Origin: a virus | Lineage: Duplodnaviria > Heunggongvirae > Uroviricota > Caudoviricetes | Length of the DNA: 64,000 nt | Direction: 5' to 3' (one strand) | Virus record (IMG/VR): IMGVR_UViG_2850796239_000011 | Span: 1 to 64,000 of that record | Part shown: positions 39,794 to 49,575 of the stretch, in pieces | Layout of the letters: each line of letters opens with the position of its first letter | Position numbering within the stretch: position 1 is the stretch's first letter | Notes under the pieces: generated by a model | What the model saw: the letters and a program-made list of their open reading frames with translations, nothing else | Databases searched by the model: none | Told to the model about the DNA's origin: nothing | Program-made: the position numbers and the translations under genes

Positions 39794-40612
39794 TTAAGCA
39801 GCCATCTGATGATATTTTTCCCTGAAGGCTGCCGGGGAGATATTCCCCAGACGAGAGTGACGACGCTGACGATTGTAGAAAATCTCAATGTATTCCCGTA
39901 TTACTGAGATGGCTTCATCCCGGTTATTAAAACGATAGTGGCTCAGGCTCTCATTTTTCAGCGTTCCCCAGAAGCTTTCCATCGGAGCGTTGTCGTAACA
40001 GTTACCTTTACGCGACATTGATGTTTTCAGACCAGACTGCTCCTGTATGACCCGGTAATCGTATGCGCAGTACTGTGAACCTCGATCAGAGTGGTGGATT
40101 AGCCCGGCAGGTGGGCGCTGGCTCCTGAGCGCCATAAACAGGGCTTTACCTGTCAGCTCTTTTGTCATGCGCTCTCCCATGGCGTAGCCGACAATTTCGC
40201 ACGTATAAACATCTTTGATGCCAGCGAGGTACAACCATCCCTCCTGTGTGGCAACATACGTCAGGTCCGCCACCCAGACCTGATTTGGTGCTGTAGGAGC
40301 GAACGTCTGGTTCAGCAGATTTGGCGCAACTGGCAGATTGTGGTTCGGGTTCGTAGTCGCTCTGAACTTGCGTTTCTGCTTACAGCGTAGCCTTAGCTCC
40401 TTACGAAGACGTGCCAGTCGGTCACGACCAACGATGATGCCATTCTCTGCCAGCTCCGTCTGGAGCCGCCGGGTTCCATATGTTTCGCGAGTGCGGATAT
40501 GTGCCACCTTAATCTCCAGTTTTAGCCGCTCATCACTTTGTTTTCTGTCTGAGGGTTCATGCTGTACCCAGTTGTAATAACCGCTCCTGGATACACCAAA
40601 TACCTGACACAT
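39794..40612 (-). CDS. IS600 transposase OrfB (DDE integrase domain)
   Basis: 272 aa IS3-family OrfB. Confidence 0.9.
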   Translation of the reverse strand: MCQVFGVSRSGYYNWVQHEPSDRKQSDERLKLEIKVAHIRTRETYGTRRLQTELAENGIIVGRDRLARLRKELRLRCKQKRKFRATTNPNHNLPVAPNLLNQTFAPTAPNQVWVADLTYVATQEGWLYLAGIKDVYTCEIVGYAMGERMTKELTGKALFMALRSQRPPAGLIHHSDRGSQYCAYDYRVIQEQSGLKTSMSRKGNCYDNAPMESFWGTLKNESLSHYRFNNRDEAISVIREYIEIFYNRQRRHSRLGNISPAAFREKYHQMAA

Positions 40613-40647
40613 CGCTTCAATGGGAAATTGTTGTCGCCATTGTTCGA

Positions 40648-40950
40648 TTAACGCGTATTTTTCAGCGACTCCTGTGCAAAATACGCTGTTGCTTTTTTTA
40701 ATATATCTCGCTCAAGGCGAGCTTCATTTAACGCCTTACGCAGTTGCAGAATTTCAGATTCCAGTTCAGCCACCGTGCGGGAACCAGGAGTACCGAGCCC
40801 TTTTCTGGCGGCGGTAACCCATTGTCCTAAAGTGCCTTCAGGAAGGGATAATCGGGAAGCGCCTTCACTGATCGAAAGTTGATTTTCAAGAACCGTTCTG
40901 ACAGCTTCGGCTTTGAACTCTTTAGAGTAACGTTGGGTTTTTCTGCTCAT
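40648..40950 (-). CDS. IS600 OrfA (HTH)
   Basis: 100 aa 'MSRKTQRYSKEFKAEAVRTVLENQLSISEGASRLSLPEG'. Confidence 0.9.
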   Translation of the reverse strand: MSRKTQRYSKEFKAEAVRTVLENQLSISEGASRLSLPEGTLGQWVTAARKGLGTPGSRTVAELESEILQLRKALNEARLERDILKKATAYFAQESLKNTR

Positions 40951-41159
40951 TATTAGCTCCTTCTGATGCCATTCTATTTCAGGAAGGAGTGTCCGTTAAA
41001 CTCAGGCTACCTCACAGATCGTTATGACAATTGAAAATGGCCAGGTAACAGATGTCTGCAAAGTCCGCGATGGAGAGCTGATTGCCAGCATGGATACATT
41101 CATACGGCTGGCAGAAAGAGCGGGGTATCAGATAACAGCACCTGCTCAGGAGGAAACCA

Positions 41160-41378
41160 GTGACATTAACAGCAACACGAATTCCTGAGTGGGTCCACCA
41201 GCAGGCGTTGCTGGTCCTGCGGCGGTACAGATGCCGACGTATATTCCCGCATCGGATACAGCGCAACGGATATCTCAGTCTGAAGGTTAACCGTCGCTGG
41301 CGGCTGTTATCGAAAGACGACGGCCGGAACTGGGAAGTAATGAGTCATGAACGTTATTCGGGGGAAATAAAGAAATGA
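41160..41378 (+). CDS. Hypothetical small basic protein
   Basis: 72-aa ORF in early-left cargo region. Confidence 0.3.
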   Translation: MTLTATRIPEWVHQQALLVLRRYRCRRIFPHRIQRNGYLSLKVNRRWRLLSKDDGRNWEVMSHERYSGEIKK

Positions 41379-41522
41379 TCGACAACCGCACCGCCAGCGC
41401 CATTGACCAGGCATTACAGAAACATGATACACCCGTCGGCCCGTTATTTTTTGTAACACGCCACGGAAGAACAAAAAAAATGCCTCACCCGAAAAACGGC
41501 AATTCGTTACCTGGCATTCTTT

Positions 41523-41768
41523 ATGACCACCCGCGCTTTTGAACGTTCAGGATTCCGACAACGCCATCCTGACAAGCGTTTTATCTTCAACGGGAATGAG
41601 ATATGGAAACGTGGAGAATCAACCACAGAGTATACCCGCGCACACCAGCGAACAATCAGACGACTGCGCAGACTCATCGCCAGGAAACAGTATACAGAAA
41701 AATGGTTCAGAAAATATGACACATGGAGCGCCGGATATTACGAACTGATGGCAACAAAACCATTCTGA
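41523..41768 (+). CDS. Hypothetical small basic protein
   Basis: 81-aa ORF; overlaps another frame. Confidence 0.3.
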   Translation: MTTRAFERSGFRQRHPDKRFIFNGNEIWKRGESTTEYTRAHQRTIRRLRRLIARKQYTEKWFRKYDTWSAGYYELMATKPF

Positions 41769-41828
41769 CGTAAACGAAATTAACCATGACGCAATTAAAT
41801 AAGGCAAGCCGAATACATCAGGAGGACC

Positions 41829-42017
41829 ATGAACATTTATTTCAGAATAGTTATATCACTGGCAATTATCGCATGTATTTACGGATTAATCGTTCCGGCC
41901 CTCATATCAATGAAGGATACGGTAGCAGTGATTTCTGGCTTTGCTCTGGCGTGTCTGACCCCGCCCTGCATTTATGCCATTTATAAGGGTCTTTCTTTCC
42001 CCGGGAGGGAAAAATGA
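41829..42017 (+). CDS. Small membrane protein (two predicted TM helices)
   Basis: 62 aa, hydrophobic; ATGA-coupled to the SPFH lipoprotein gene. Confidence 0.35.
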   Translation: MNIYFRIVISLAIIACIYGLIVPALISMKDTVAVISGFALACLTPPCIYAIYKGLSFPGREK

Positions 42018-42242
42018 AAAAAACAATTGCGCTTGTTTTCGCGGTCAGTCTGGCTGTCTTCGGACTTGTAGGTTGCGATCGCGTTGAACCAGGTAATGTG
42101 GGTATCAAAGTCAACAAACTGGGCGACGACAAAGGTGTCGGTGAAGTGGTCGGTGTTGGTCGCTACTGGACTGGCTGGAATACTGAAGTGAACCGCCCCG
42201 GGAATCCTGGAGACTAAACTTCCTGAGAAAGAGGTAAACAGG

Positions 42243-42568
42243 ATGACTAAAAATACTCGTTTTTCCCCGAAGTCCGTCAGAGGGCGATTCGTATGGTTCT
42301 GGAAAGTCAGGGCGAATATGACTCACAGTGGGCGGCAATTTGTTCCATTGCCCCAAAGATTGGCTGTACACCGGAGACTCTGCGTGTCCGGGTACGCCAG
42401 CATGAGCGGGATACCGGAGGCGGTGATGGCGGGCTCACCACCGCTGAACGTCAGCGTCTGAAAGAGCTGGAACGTGAAAATCGTGAACTGCGCCGCAGTA
42501 ACGATATCCTTCGCCAGGCTTCCGCTTATTTTGCGAAGGCGGAGTTCGACCGCCTCTGGAAAAAATAA
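42243..42568 (+). pseudogene. IS629 orfA with 1-nt deletion
   Basis: Starts 'MTKNTRFSP' then shifts frame; the in-frame remainder is the 42293-42568 ORF; 'CCGAAG' where 'CCGGAAG' is expected. Confidence 0.7.
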
Positions 42569-43455
42569 TGCCACTGCTGGATAAGCTGCGTGAGCAGTAC
42601 GGGGTCGGACCGCTATGCAGCGAACTGCATATTGCCCCGTCAACGTATTACCACTGTCAGCAACAGCGACATCATCCGGATAAACGCAGTGCCCGTGCGC
42701 AGCGCGATGAGTGGCTGAAGAAAGAGATACAGCGCGTATACGATGAAAATCACAAGGTATACGGTGTGCGTAAAGTCTGGCGTCAGTTGTTACGGGAAGG
42801 TATCAGAGTGGCCAGATGCACTGTGGCACGTCTCATGGCGGTTATGGGACTTGCCGGTGTTCTCCGGGGTAAAAAGGTCCGTACGACCATCAGCCGGAAA
42901 GCCGTTGCCGCAGGCGACCGCGTAAACCGTCAGTTCGTGGCAGAACGACCTGACCAGCTGTGGGTGGCTGATTTTACTTACGTCAGCACATGGCAGGGCT
43001 TCGTCTATGTGGCGTTCATCATTGATGTGTTTGCCGGATACATCGTGGGGTGGCGGGTCTCATCGTCCATGGACACGACATTCGTGCTGGATGCACTGGA
43101 GCAGGCGTTATGGGCCCGTCGACCGTCCGGCACGGTCCATCACAGTGATAAAGGTTCTCAGTATGTATCGCTGGGCTACACACAGCGGCTTAAGGAAGCC
43201 GGATTACTGGCATCAACAGGAAGTACAGGCGACTCGTATGACAACGCGATGGCGGAGAGCATCAATGGTCTTTACAAAGCGGAGGTAATACACCGTAAGA
43301 GCTGGAAAAACCGTGCAGAAGTGGAACTGGCCACACTCACGTGGGTGGACTGGTATAACAATCGACGATTGCTGGAAAGGCTGGGCCATACTCCTCCGGC
43401 AGAAGCAGAAAAAGCTTATTATGCTTCCATCGGAAACGATGATCTGGCAGCCTGA
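42568..43455 (+). CDS. IS629 transposase OrfB
   Basis: 295 aa IS3-family DDE transposase. Confidence 0.85.
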   Translation: MPLLDKLREQYGVGPLCSELHIAPSTYYHCQQQRHHPDKRSARAQRDEWLKKEIQRVYDENHKVYGVRKVWRQLLREGIRVARCTVARLMAVMGLAGVLRGKKVRTTISRKAVAAGDRVNRQFVAERPDQLWVADFTYVSTWQGFVYVAFIIDVFAGYIVGWRVSSSMDTTFVLDALEQALWARRPSGTVHHSDKGSQYVSLGYTQRLKEAGLLASTGSTGDSYDNAMAESINGLYKAEVIHRKSWKNRAEVELATLTWVDWYNNRRLLERLGHTPPAEAEKAYYASIGNDDLAA

Positions 43456-44191
43456 GTTCACAGATAAAACACTCTCCAGGAAAACCGGGGCGGTTCAGAA
43501 GTTTACATTTTCCCGACCTTCAAGCAAATGAAGACCTACGATGAACCGTTCAGTTTCCAGATGAGTGACGGCACAACCATCGGCTATCACATCGGCGTGG
43601 CCTACAAAGTTGATCCATCCAAAGTTACCACAGTCTTTCAGACTTACCGCAAAGGCGTGGATGACATTACCGACACTGACCTGCGCCAGAAAATTGCCGA
43701 CGCACTCAATCGGCTGGCCAGCAAAATGACCACTGACAAATTTATCGACGGCGGCAAGTCTGAACTACTGGATGCCGCACTTAAAGACATTCAGGAAGAG
43801 ATGACACCCATCGGCATTCAGGTAATGAGCCTCTCTTATGTAGGTAAACCGGAATACCCTCCAACCGTTATCGACAGCATTAACGCCAAAGTCACGGCAA
43901 ACCAGAAAACCCTGCAGCGCGAACAGGAAGTCAAGCAACGTGAAGCGGAGGCCAACATGCTACGTGCGGAAGCTGCCGGACAGGCTGATGCCATTCGAAC
44001 AAAAGCCCAGGCAGAAGCCGATGCCATTCGTTTACGCGGCGAAGCTCTACGCCAGAACCCAGGCGTCATGGAGCTGGAAGCCATCAACAAGTGGAACGGT
44101 ACACTGCCGCAATACATGACCAGTGGTGCCAATACACCATTTATCCAGATTAAATAACTTATATGCCCGGCAGGCCGCCGGGCTAAGGGAA

Positions 44192-44518
44192 ATGCAGATG
44201 AACACCCAGAATACTCAACCGCAAATAATGAACTATGACCCGAATCTGACGTCATGCGGACGCATGGCAAAACAAACCGTTCGATTAACTTTCGGACTAT
44301 GGGAATACCGCGAAACATTCGAAGTTACTGTCGGCGGCAATCTGACCGGACTGGATGTTATCAGTTGCGCTATTGAAAGCCTGTACGCAACGCTGCCTTA
44401 TGAAGAAGTCGAGGATGAGCGCACAGGGGAAACAGATATCATGGCCACCATTAATATTGGCGAACTGATATGTCAGGATGAAGACCTGTCCGGAGAGCTC
44501 TGGCTTGCCGGGATGCTT
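44192..44518 (+). pseudogene. Hypothetical gene whose 3' end is interrupted by IS600 copy 2
   Basis: ORF stop is supplied by the first bases of the IS; the original reading frame resumes after the IS at 45786 and ends at 45836. Confidence 0.4.
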
Positions 44519-44581
44519 TGAGGTAGCCTGAGTTTAACGGACACTCCTTCCTGAAATAGAATGGCATCAGAAGGAGCTAAT

Positions 44582-44884
44582 AATGAGCAGAAAAACCCAA
44601 CGTTACTCTAAAGAGTTCAAAGCCGAAGCTGTCAGAACGGTTCTTGAAAATTAACTTTCGATCAGTGAAGGCGCTTCCCGATTATCCCTTCCTGAAGGCA
44701 CTTTAGGACAATGGGTTACCGCCGCCAGAAAAGGGCTCGGTACTCCTGGTTCCCGCACGGTGGCTGAACTGGAATCTGAAATTCTGCAACTGCGTAAGGC
44801 GTTAAATGAAGCTCGCCTTGAGCGAGATATATTAAAAAAAGCAACAGCGTATTTTGCACAGGAGTCGCTGAAAAATACGCGTTA
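44582..44884 (+). pseudogene. IS600 orfA with premature stop (Gln24 to stop)
   Basis: Identical to copy 1 orfA except CAA to TAA at 44651-44653. Confidence 0.7.
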
Positions 44885-44920
44885 ATCGAACAATGGCGAC
44901 AACAATTTCCCATTGAAGCG

Positions 44921-45739
44921 ATGTGTCAGGTATTTGGTGTATCCAGGAGCGGTTATTACAACTGGGTACAGCATGAACCCTCAGACAGAAAACAAAGTGA
45001 TGAGCGGCTAAAACTGGAGATTAAGGTGGCACATATCCGCACTCGCGAAACATATGGAACCCGGCGGCTCCAGACGGAGCTGGCAGAGAATGGCATCATC
45101 GTTGGTCGTGACCGACTGGCACGTCTTCGTAAGGAGCTAAGGCTACGCTGTAAGCAGAAACGCAAGTTCAGAGCGACTACGAACTCGAACCACAATCTGC
45201 CAGTTGCGCCAAATCTGCTGAACCAGACGTTCGCTCCTACAGCACCAAATCAGGTCTGGGTGGCGGACCTGACGTATGTTGCCACACAGGAGGGATGGTT
45301 GTACCTCGCTGGCATCAAAGATGTTTATACGTGCGAAATTGTCGGCTACGCCATGGGAGAGCGCATGACAAAAGAGCTGACAGGTAAAGCCCTGTTTATG
45401 GCGCTCAGGAGCCAGCGCCCACCTGCCGGGCTAATCCACCACTCTGATCGAGGTTCACAGTACTGCGCATACGATTACCGGGTCATACAGGAGCAGTTTG
45501 GTCTGAAAACATCAATGTCGCGTAAAGGTAACTGTTACGACAACGCTCCGATGGAAAGCTTCTGGGGAACGCTGAAAAATGAGAGCCTGAGCCACTATCG
45601 TTTTAATAACCGGGATGAAGCCATCTCAGTAATACGGGAATACATTGAGATTTTCTACAATCGTCAGCGTCGTCACTCTCGTCTGGGGAATATCTCCCCG
45701 GCAGCCTTCAGGGAAAAATATCATCAGATGGCTGCTTAA
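44921..45739 (+). CDS. IS600 transposase OrfB
   Basis: 272 aa, two substitutions relative to copy 1. Confidence 0.9.
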   Translation: MCQVFGVSRSGYYNWVQHEPSDRKQSDERLKLEIKVAHIRTRETYGTRRLQTELAENGIIVGRDRLARLRKELRLRCKQKRKFRATTNSNHNLPVAPNLLNQTFAPTAPNQVWVADLTYVATQEGWLYLAGIKDVYTCEIVGYAMGERMTKELTGKALFMALRSQRPPAGLIHHSDRGSQYCAYDYRVIQEQFGLKTSMSRKGNCYDNAPMESFWGTLKNESLSHYRFNNRDEAISVIREYIEIFYNRQRRHSRLGNISPAAFREKYHQMAA

Positions 45740-45867
45740 AAAAAGAACAAATGGTAGTGTCCGCTATTGCCAGTACACCTCACTTATCTCAGCAGAAATT
45801 ATCAGTATTGAACCCGCTACAAACATACGGCTCTGAAGTTCTCACTATTCAGAGAGCAGGAGAAAAA

Positions 45868-46110
45868 ATGTTCGCTTTGATTAATCAGGGACAACTGTAT
45901 ACCGACAGTGCCGGTTACCCGGTAAAAATTATTCGCTGCATAAACAACACTGTGTTGTACAGAAGAATGGATGGGCGAACACAGTCAGTAAAAATAAACG
46001 ATTTCAATGAACTGTTTGAACGGATCGATCACCAGGAATACCGACAAATTCTGGCAGAAACAGAGCAGGAAGCTCATCTGAAAAAATTACGGGCCATGAA
46101 AAGGAAGTAA
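45868..46110 (+). CDS. Hypothetical protein upstream of xis
   Basis: 80 aa from 'MFALINQGQLY'; RBS GGAGA upstream. Confidence 0.4.
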   Translation: MFALINQGQLYTDSAGYPVKIIRCINNTVLYRRMDGRTQSVKINDFNELFERIDHQEYRQILAETEQEAHLKKLRAMKRK

Positions 46111-46268
46111 AGAATGAATAAAGCGTTTGAGCTATGGGTACGCCAGCGTTACGGCAATCGCTATGACCTGACGCGAGATGTTGACGGTTTCTACTGTCGT
46201 GAAATTGTGAAACGAATGTTTGAAGTGTGGTGCCACTGCCGTGGGCTGAGTGTTGTGTGAGGTAATGC

Positions 46269-46505
46269 ATGGGCAATGTGATTCAACTGGCTCCCAATGA
46301 ATGGGTTTGTGAAAGCGTTCTTATCGCAATTACCGGGCTCAAACCAGGCACAATTCTCCGAGCCCGGAAAGAATGCTGGATGGTAGGAAGAGAGTATATT
46401 CACGTATCACCAGACGGTAATCCAAAGCCATCCAGCGAATGTATGTATAACAGAAAAGCAATAGATGCCTGGGTCTCTTCAATGAAAAACAAACAACCTG
46501 GGTGA
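46269..46505 (+). CDS. xis: Excisionase-like protein (putative)
   Basis: 78-aa ORF immediately upstream of the integrase gene. Confidence 0.5.
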   Translation: MGNVIQLAPNEWVCESVLIAITGLKPGTILRARKECWMVGREYIHVSPDGNPKPSSECMYNRKAIDAWVSSMKNKQPG

Positions 46506-46560
46506 TTTAATGCCATGAAGTATGTAAGCTCGTATCGCTCTTGGGCGTCTGGAGGTATCA

Positions 46561-47874
46561 ATGGATAAAGTCAAATATCCAACAGGCGTCGAAAACCACG
46601 GTGGCACATTACGCATCTGGTTTAATTTTAAAGGTAAACGTGTCAGGGAAAATCTTGGTGTCCCTGACACTGCCAAGAACAGGAAGATCGCCGGAGAGCT
46701 GCGGACATCTGTATGTTTTGCCATTCGTACAGGAAATTTTGATTATGCTGCGCAGTTCCCTGACTCTCCTAACCTCAAGGCTTTTGGGGTAAATAAAAAA
46801 GAAATTACGGTGAAAGAACTTGAAGAAAAATGGCTGGATCTGAAACGAATGGAAATCTCTGCAAATGCATTCAATCGCTATGAATCCATTGCAAGGATGA
46901 TGGTTCCGAAGATTGGTGGCAACCGACTGGTATCAGCAGTGACCAAAGAGGAATTGCTGTATATCAGGAAAGATTTGCTGACCGGATACCAAAATCCAAC
47001 AAAAGGTAAAGCTCCAGTAAAAGGACGAAGCGTTGTCACAGTAAATTATTACATGACAACAATCGCTGGAATGTTTCAGTTTGCTGCAGATCACGGTTAC
47101 ATAGAAGCAAATCCCTTCGAGGGAATTAAGCCTCTTAAAAGAGCCAGGGCAGAACCAGATCCGCTAACTCGTGACGAATTTATTCGCCTGATAGATGCTT
47201 GCCGGCATCAGCAGACAAAAAACCTGTGGTCATTGGCTGTGTACACAGGAATGCGTCATGGTGAACTGGTCTCCCTGGCCTGGGAAGATATCGATCTGAA
47301 AGCAGGAACAATTACTATCAGGCGCAATTATACGAAACTCGGTGAGTTCACTCTACCTAAAACTGAAGCAAGTACAAACAGGGTTGTGCATCTTATCCAG
47401 CCCGCTATCAGTGTCCTGAAAAATCAGGCTGAAATGACAAGACTGGGTAAGCAGCACAACATCAAGGTTCAACTACGTGAATATGGACGTTCAGTAAATC
47501 ATGAATGTACTTTCGTATTTAACCCCCAGGTGGTTAGAAAAAGCAAACAGGTAGGTTTTATCTACAAGGTAGATTCCATTGGCGACTCATGGGAAACAGC
47601 CATTAAACGTGCAGGCATCAGGCATCGAAAGGCATACCAGTCACGACACACTTATGCGTGCTGGTCATTATCTGCCGGAGCAAATCCAAGCTTCATTGCC
47701 AGCCAGATGGGGCATGCAAGTGCCCAGATGGTGTTCAATGTATACGGAGCATGGATGACTGACAGCAATGCAGAACAGATCGCAATGCTGAATCAGAAGC
47801 TGGCAGATTATGTCCCAATGATGTCCCATGGTCACCAAAGTGACACAAGAGGCTTATTAAAATCAGTGAGTTAG
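46561..47874 (+). CDS. int: Tyrosine integrase
   Basis: 437 aa; catalytic region with conserved Arg...His-x-x-Arg...Tyr pattern ('HTYACW...AQMVFNVYGAW'). Confidence 0.9.
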   Translation: MDKVKYPTGVENHGGTLRIWFNFKGKRVRENLGVPDTAKNRKIAGELRTSVCFAIRTGNFDYAAQFPDSPNLKAFGVNKKEITVKELEEKWLDLKRMEISANAFNRYESIARMMVPKIGGNRLVSAVTKEELLYIRKDLLTGYQNPTKGKAPVKGRSVVTVNYYMTTIAGMFQFAADHGYIEANPFEGIKPLKRARAEPDPLTRDEFIRLIDACRHQQTKNLWSLAVYTGMRHGELVSLAWEDIDLKAGTITIRRNYTKLGEFTLPKTEASTNRVVHLIQPAISVLKNQAEMTRLGKQHNIKVQLREYGRSVNHECTFVFNPQVVRKSKQVGFIYKVDSIGDSWETAIKRAGIRHRKAYQSRHTYACWSLSAGANPSFIASQMGHASAQMVFNVYGAWMTDSNAEQIAMLNQKLADYVPMMSHGHQSDTRGLLKSVS

Positions 47875-47977
47875 CTTTTAATACCCGTCATGTTAACTGT
47901 TAATGAGGGCATTGAGTCGGGGGCTGGCAGCATACTGCGCAAGCACAGTGGCAGCCACATTCTGCACGTTATGCCTC

Positions 47978-49210
47978 CTAGAGTTTCACACTGATATCCG
48001 ACACATCCAGAACCGGAATCTCATCTATCCCGAAAGTGACAGCCGTTGTCCATGACGAACCGTCACGGCTCACAGTAAGGCCCAGAATATCAATATGTTC
48101 CGGATCGGTTTTGTAAATGCCGGCATAGTAGCGCCCGGCAGAGACAACAGAGGCAACCCTTGCCCGCAGACCACCATCTGTACCATTAAATGCGTCCAGC
48201 ACGGATTGCTGTACCTGTCGGGTAATATCTGAAGGCAGGTAGTCACTTTTTTTCAGCGTCACACTGACATGCAGACTGACGGGTTTGAGTGTCTGCCAGC
48301 TGATCACGTATTCAGGATACGGCGGATCGTACTCCTTATCTGCAACAGTGAACGTTGTGTTGCCATTCATATCAATACCCGGCGGAGCCTTACGCCAGAT
48401 GGCCGCCGCGATATCTGCCGGGCTGCCGCCGTACACGCCAACATAAAGCGAACCGGGTGTTAATGGATACTGACTGACTCCGGCTTTTTGTTCTGTTTTT
48501 TTCGGATTATGGGTGACGTAAACATCCACCACGTTTTCTACCGTGGAGAGTATTTCACCCCGGATGGCTTCCAGAATATTCCGGGCATTACGGGCAACTG
48601 AATTACGTCGGCGGTTTTCAAAGTCCGCACGGGTTTCCTCATCGCTGCCCGGCACACCGGCACTGGCGTTAGTGACACCTGACCAGCCAGGTATTGCCTT
48701 ATAAATTTTATTCAGCGTCCCCACAGGACAGCCGACGGGGCCGGTGGACAAATTCAGAAATACCGCATCAACCTGCCCTGATGCGCCGATAGTGACGTCT
48801 GACTGACTGACATACTTATAACCGGCCTCATCCTGCGCCATACTGCCCGCCGGGATCAGCGTGCCAACCAGCCCGGTACAGGTCGCTGTTACTGTCGTAC
48901 CTGTGGCCCCGCGGCGCTCCAGGAAATAAATCCTGCCTATTGCATCCTGAAAGCGACCACTGGAAAAGTCAGGGTTGATCTGGTTAACGATATACAGCAA
49001 CTGGTCGTTTTTATCCGCAATAATGGCGCTTTCGCTGGATGCAAGTTGTCCCTGCGGACTGCTCAGACTGGTACTCATGGCCCCGCCCAGCGCCGCCGAA
49101 AAATCAGCAAGCCTGCCGCTCAGAATATCCGCTTCATCCGGCACATTCAGCCCGCGATCCGAAATCTGTACAGCGGGCACTGCGGTAGAAAAAGATTTAT
49201 TTTCACTCAT
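47978..49210 (-). CDS. Baseplate J-like protein (myovirus-type prophage remnant)
   Basis: 410-aa ORF following GP46-like and spike genes; last gene before the lambdoid int end. Confidence 0.65.
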   Translation of the reverse strand: MSENKSFSTAVPAVQISDRGLNVPDEADILSGRLADFSAALGGAMSTSLSSPQGQLASSESAIIADKNDQLLYIVNQINPDFSSGRFQDAIGRIYFLERRGATGTTVTATCTGLVGTLIPAGSMAQDEAGYKYVSQSDVTIGASGQVDAVFLNLSTGPVGCPVGTLNKIYKAIPGWSGVTNASAGVPGSDEETRADFENRRRNSVARNARNILEAIRGEILSTVENVVDVYVTHNPKKTEQKAGVSQYPLTPGSLYVGVYGGSPADIAAAIWRKAPPGIDMNGNTTFTVADKEYDPPYPEYVISWQTLKPVSLHVSVTLKKSDYLPSDITRQVQQSVLDAFNGTDGGLRARVASVVSAGRYYAGIYKTDPEHIDILGLTVSRDGSSWTTAVTFGIDEIPVLDVSDISVKL

Positions 49211-49563
49211 AGCAATACCGTAAAAATGTCATTATTGGTATCTGTAATACGCAGCACACCTGTTACTGTCCGGGTTTGATCAGCTGTGACCTGGCAGACA
49301 GCGGCGCTCACGGTCGGCAGTTTAAGTGCTTCCTGTTGCAGAGTGGCATTCACCAGTTGTGTGCCGGGCCAGTGTCCGAGGATGCGTGGCCAGTAAGGTA
49401 TGCCAGCCGTTGAGTCGTACCAGCACTCCCCCAGAAAAGTACTGCACGCACACGCCACATCCTGAGCTACCGCATGGGGATTATCAGTAATGGCAAGATT
49501 TCCGGTATCATCAAGCAGGATATCCCATGTCCCGGTGTCAAGAAGAAGTGATCGTGACTGCAT
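49207..49563 (-). CDS. GP46/gpW-like baseplate protein
   Basis: 118 aa, coupled between spike and J-like genes. Confidence 0.55.
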   Translation of the reverse strand: MQSRSLLLDTGTWDILLDDTGNLAITDNPHAVAQDVACACSTFLGECWYDSTAGIPYWPRILGHWPGTQLVNATLQQEALKLPTVSAAVCQVTADQTRTVTGVLRITDTNNDIFTVLL

Positions 49564-49575
49564 GTTTTCTCCTGT

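Larger units (their letters stand above)
39751..41014 (-). mobile_element. IS600 (IS3 family), copy 1, with 3-bp target duplication CAG
   Basis: 1264 bp; terminal 'TGAGGT...ACCTCA' inverted repeats; orfA and orfB present; CAG at 39748-39750 and 41015-41017. Confidence 0.85.
42189..43497 (+). mobile_element. IS629 (IS3 family) with 4-bp target duplication GAAG
   Basis: 1309 bp; ends 'TGAACCGCCCCGGG...CGGGGCGGTTCA'; GAAG at 42185-42188 and 43498-43501. Confidence 0.85.
42014..44157 (+). pseudogene. SPFH/band-7-domain lipoprotein gene disrupted by IS629 (fragments 42014-42188 and 43498-44157)
   Basis: N-terminus has signal peptide and lipobox 'LVGC'; C-terminal 209-aa ORF is SPFH-like with coiled coil; the two parts join in frame when the IS and one GAAG copy are removed. 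Confidence 0.7.
44519..45782 (+). mobile_element. IS600 (IS3 family), copy 2, with 3-bp target duplication CTT
   Basis: 1264 bp; same inverted repeats as copy 1 in opposite orientation; CTT at 44516-44518 and 45783-45785. Confidence 0.85.

Noticed and set aside
39751-45782. Composite transposon formed by the two IS600 copies
   Set aside because: Each copy has its own distinct 3-bp target duplication, indicating independent insertions
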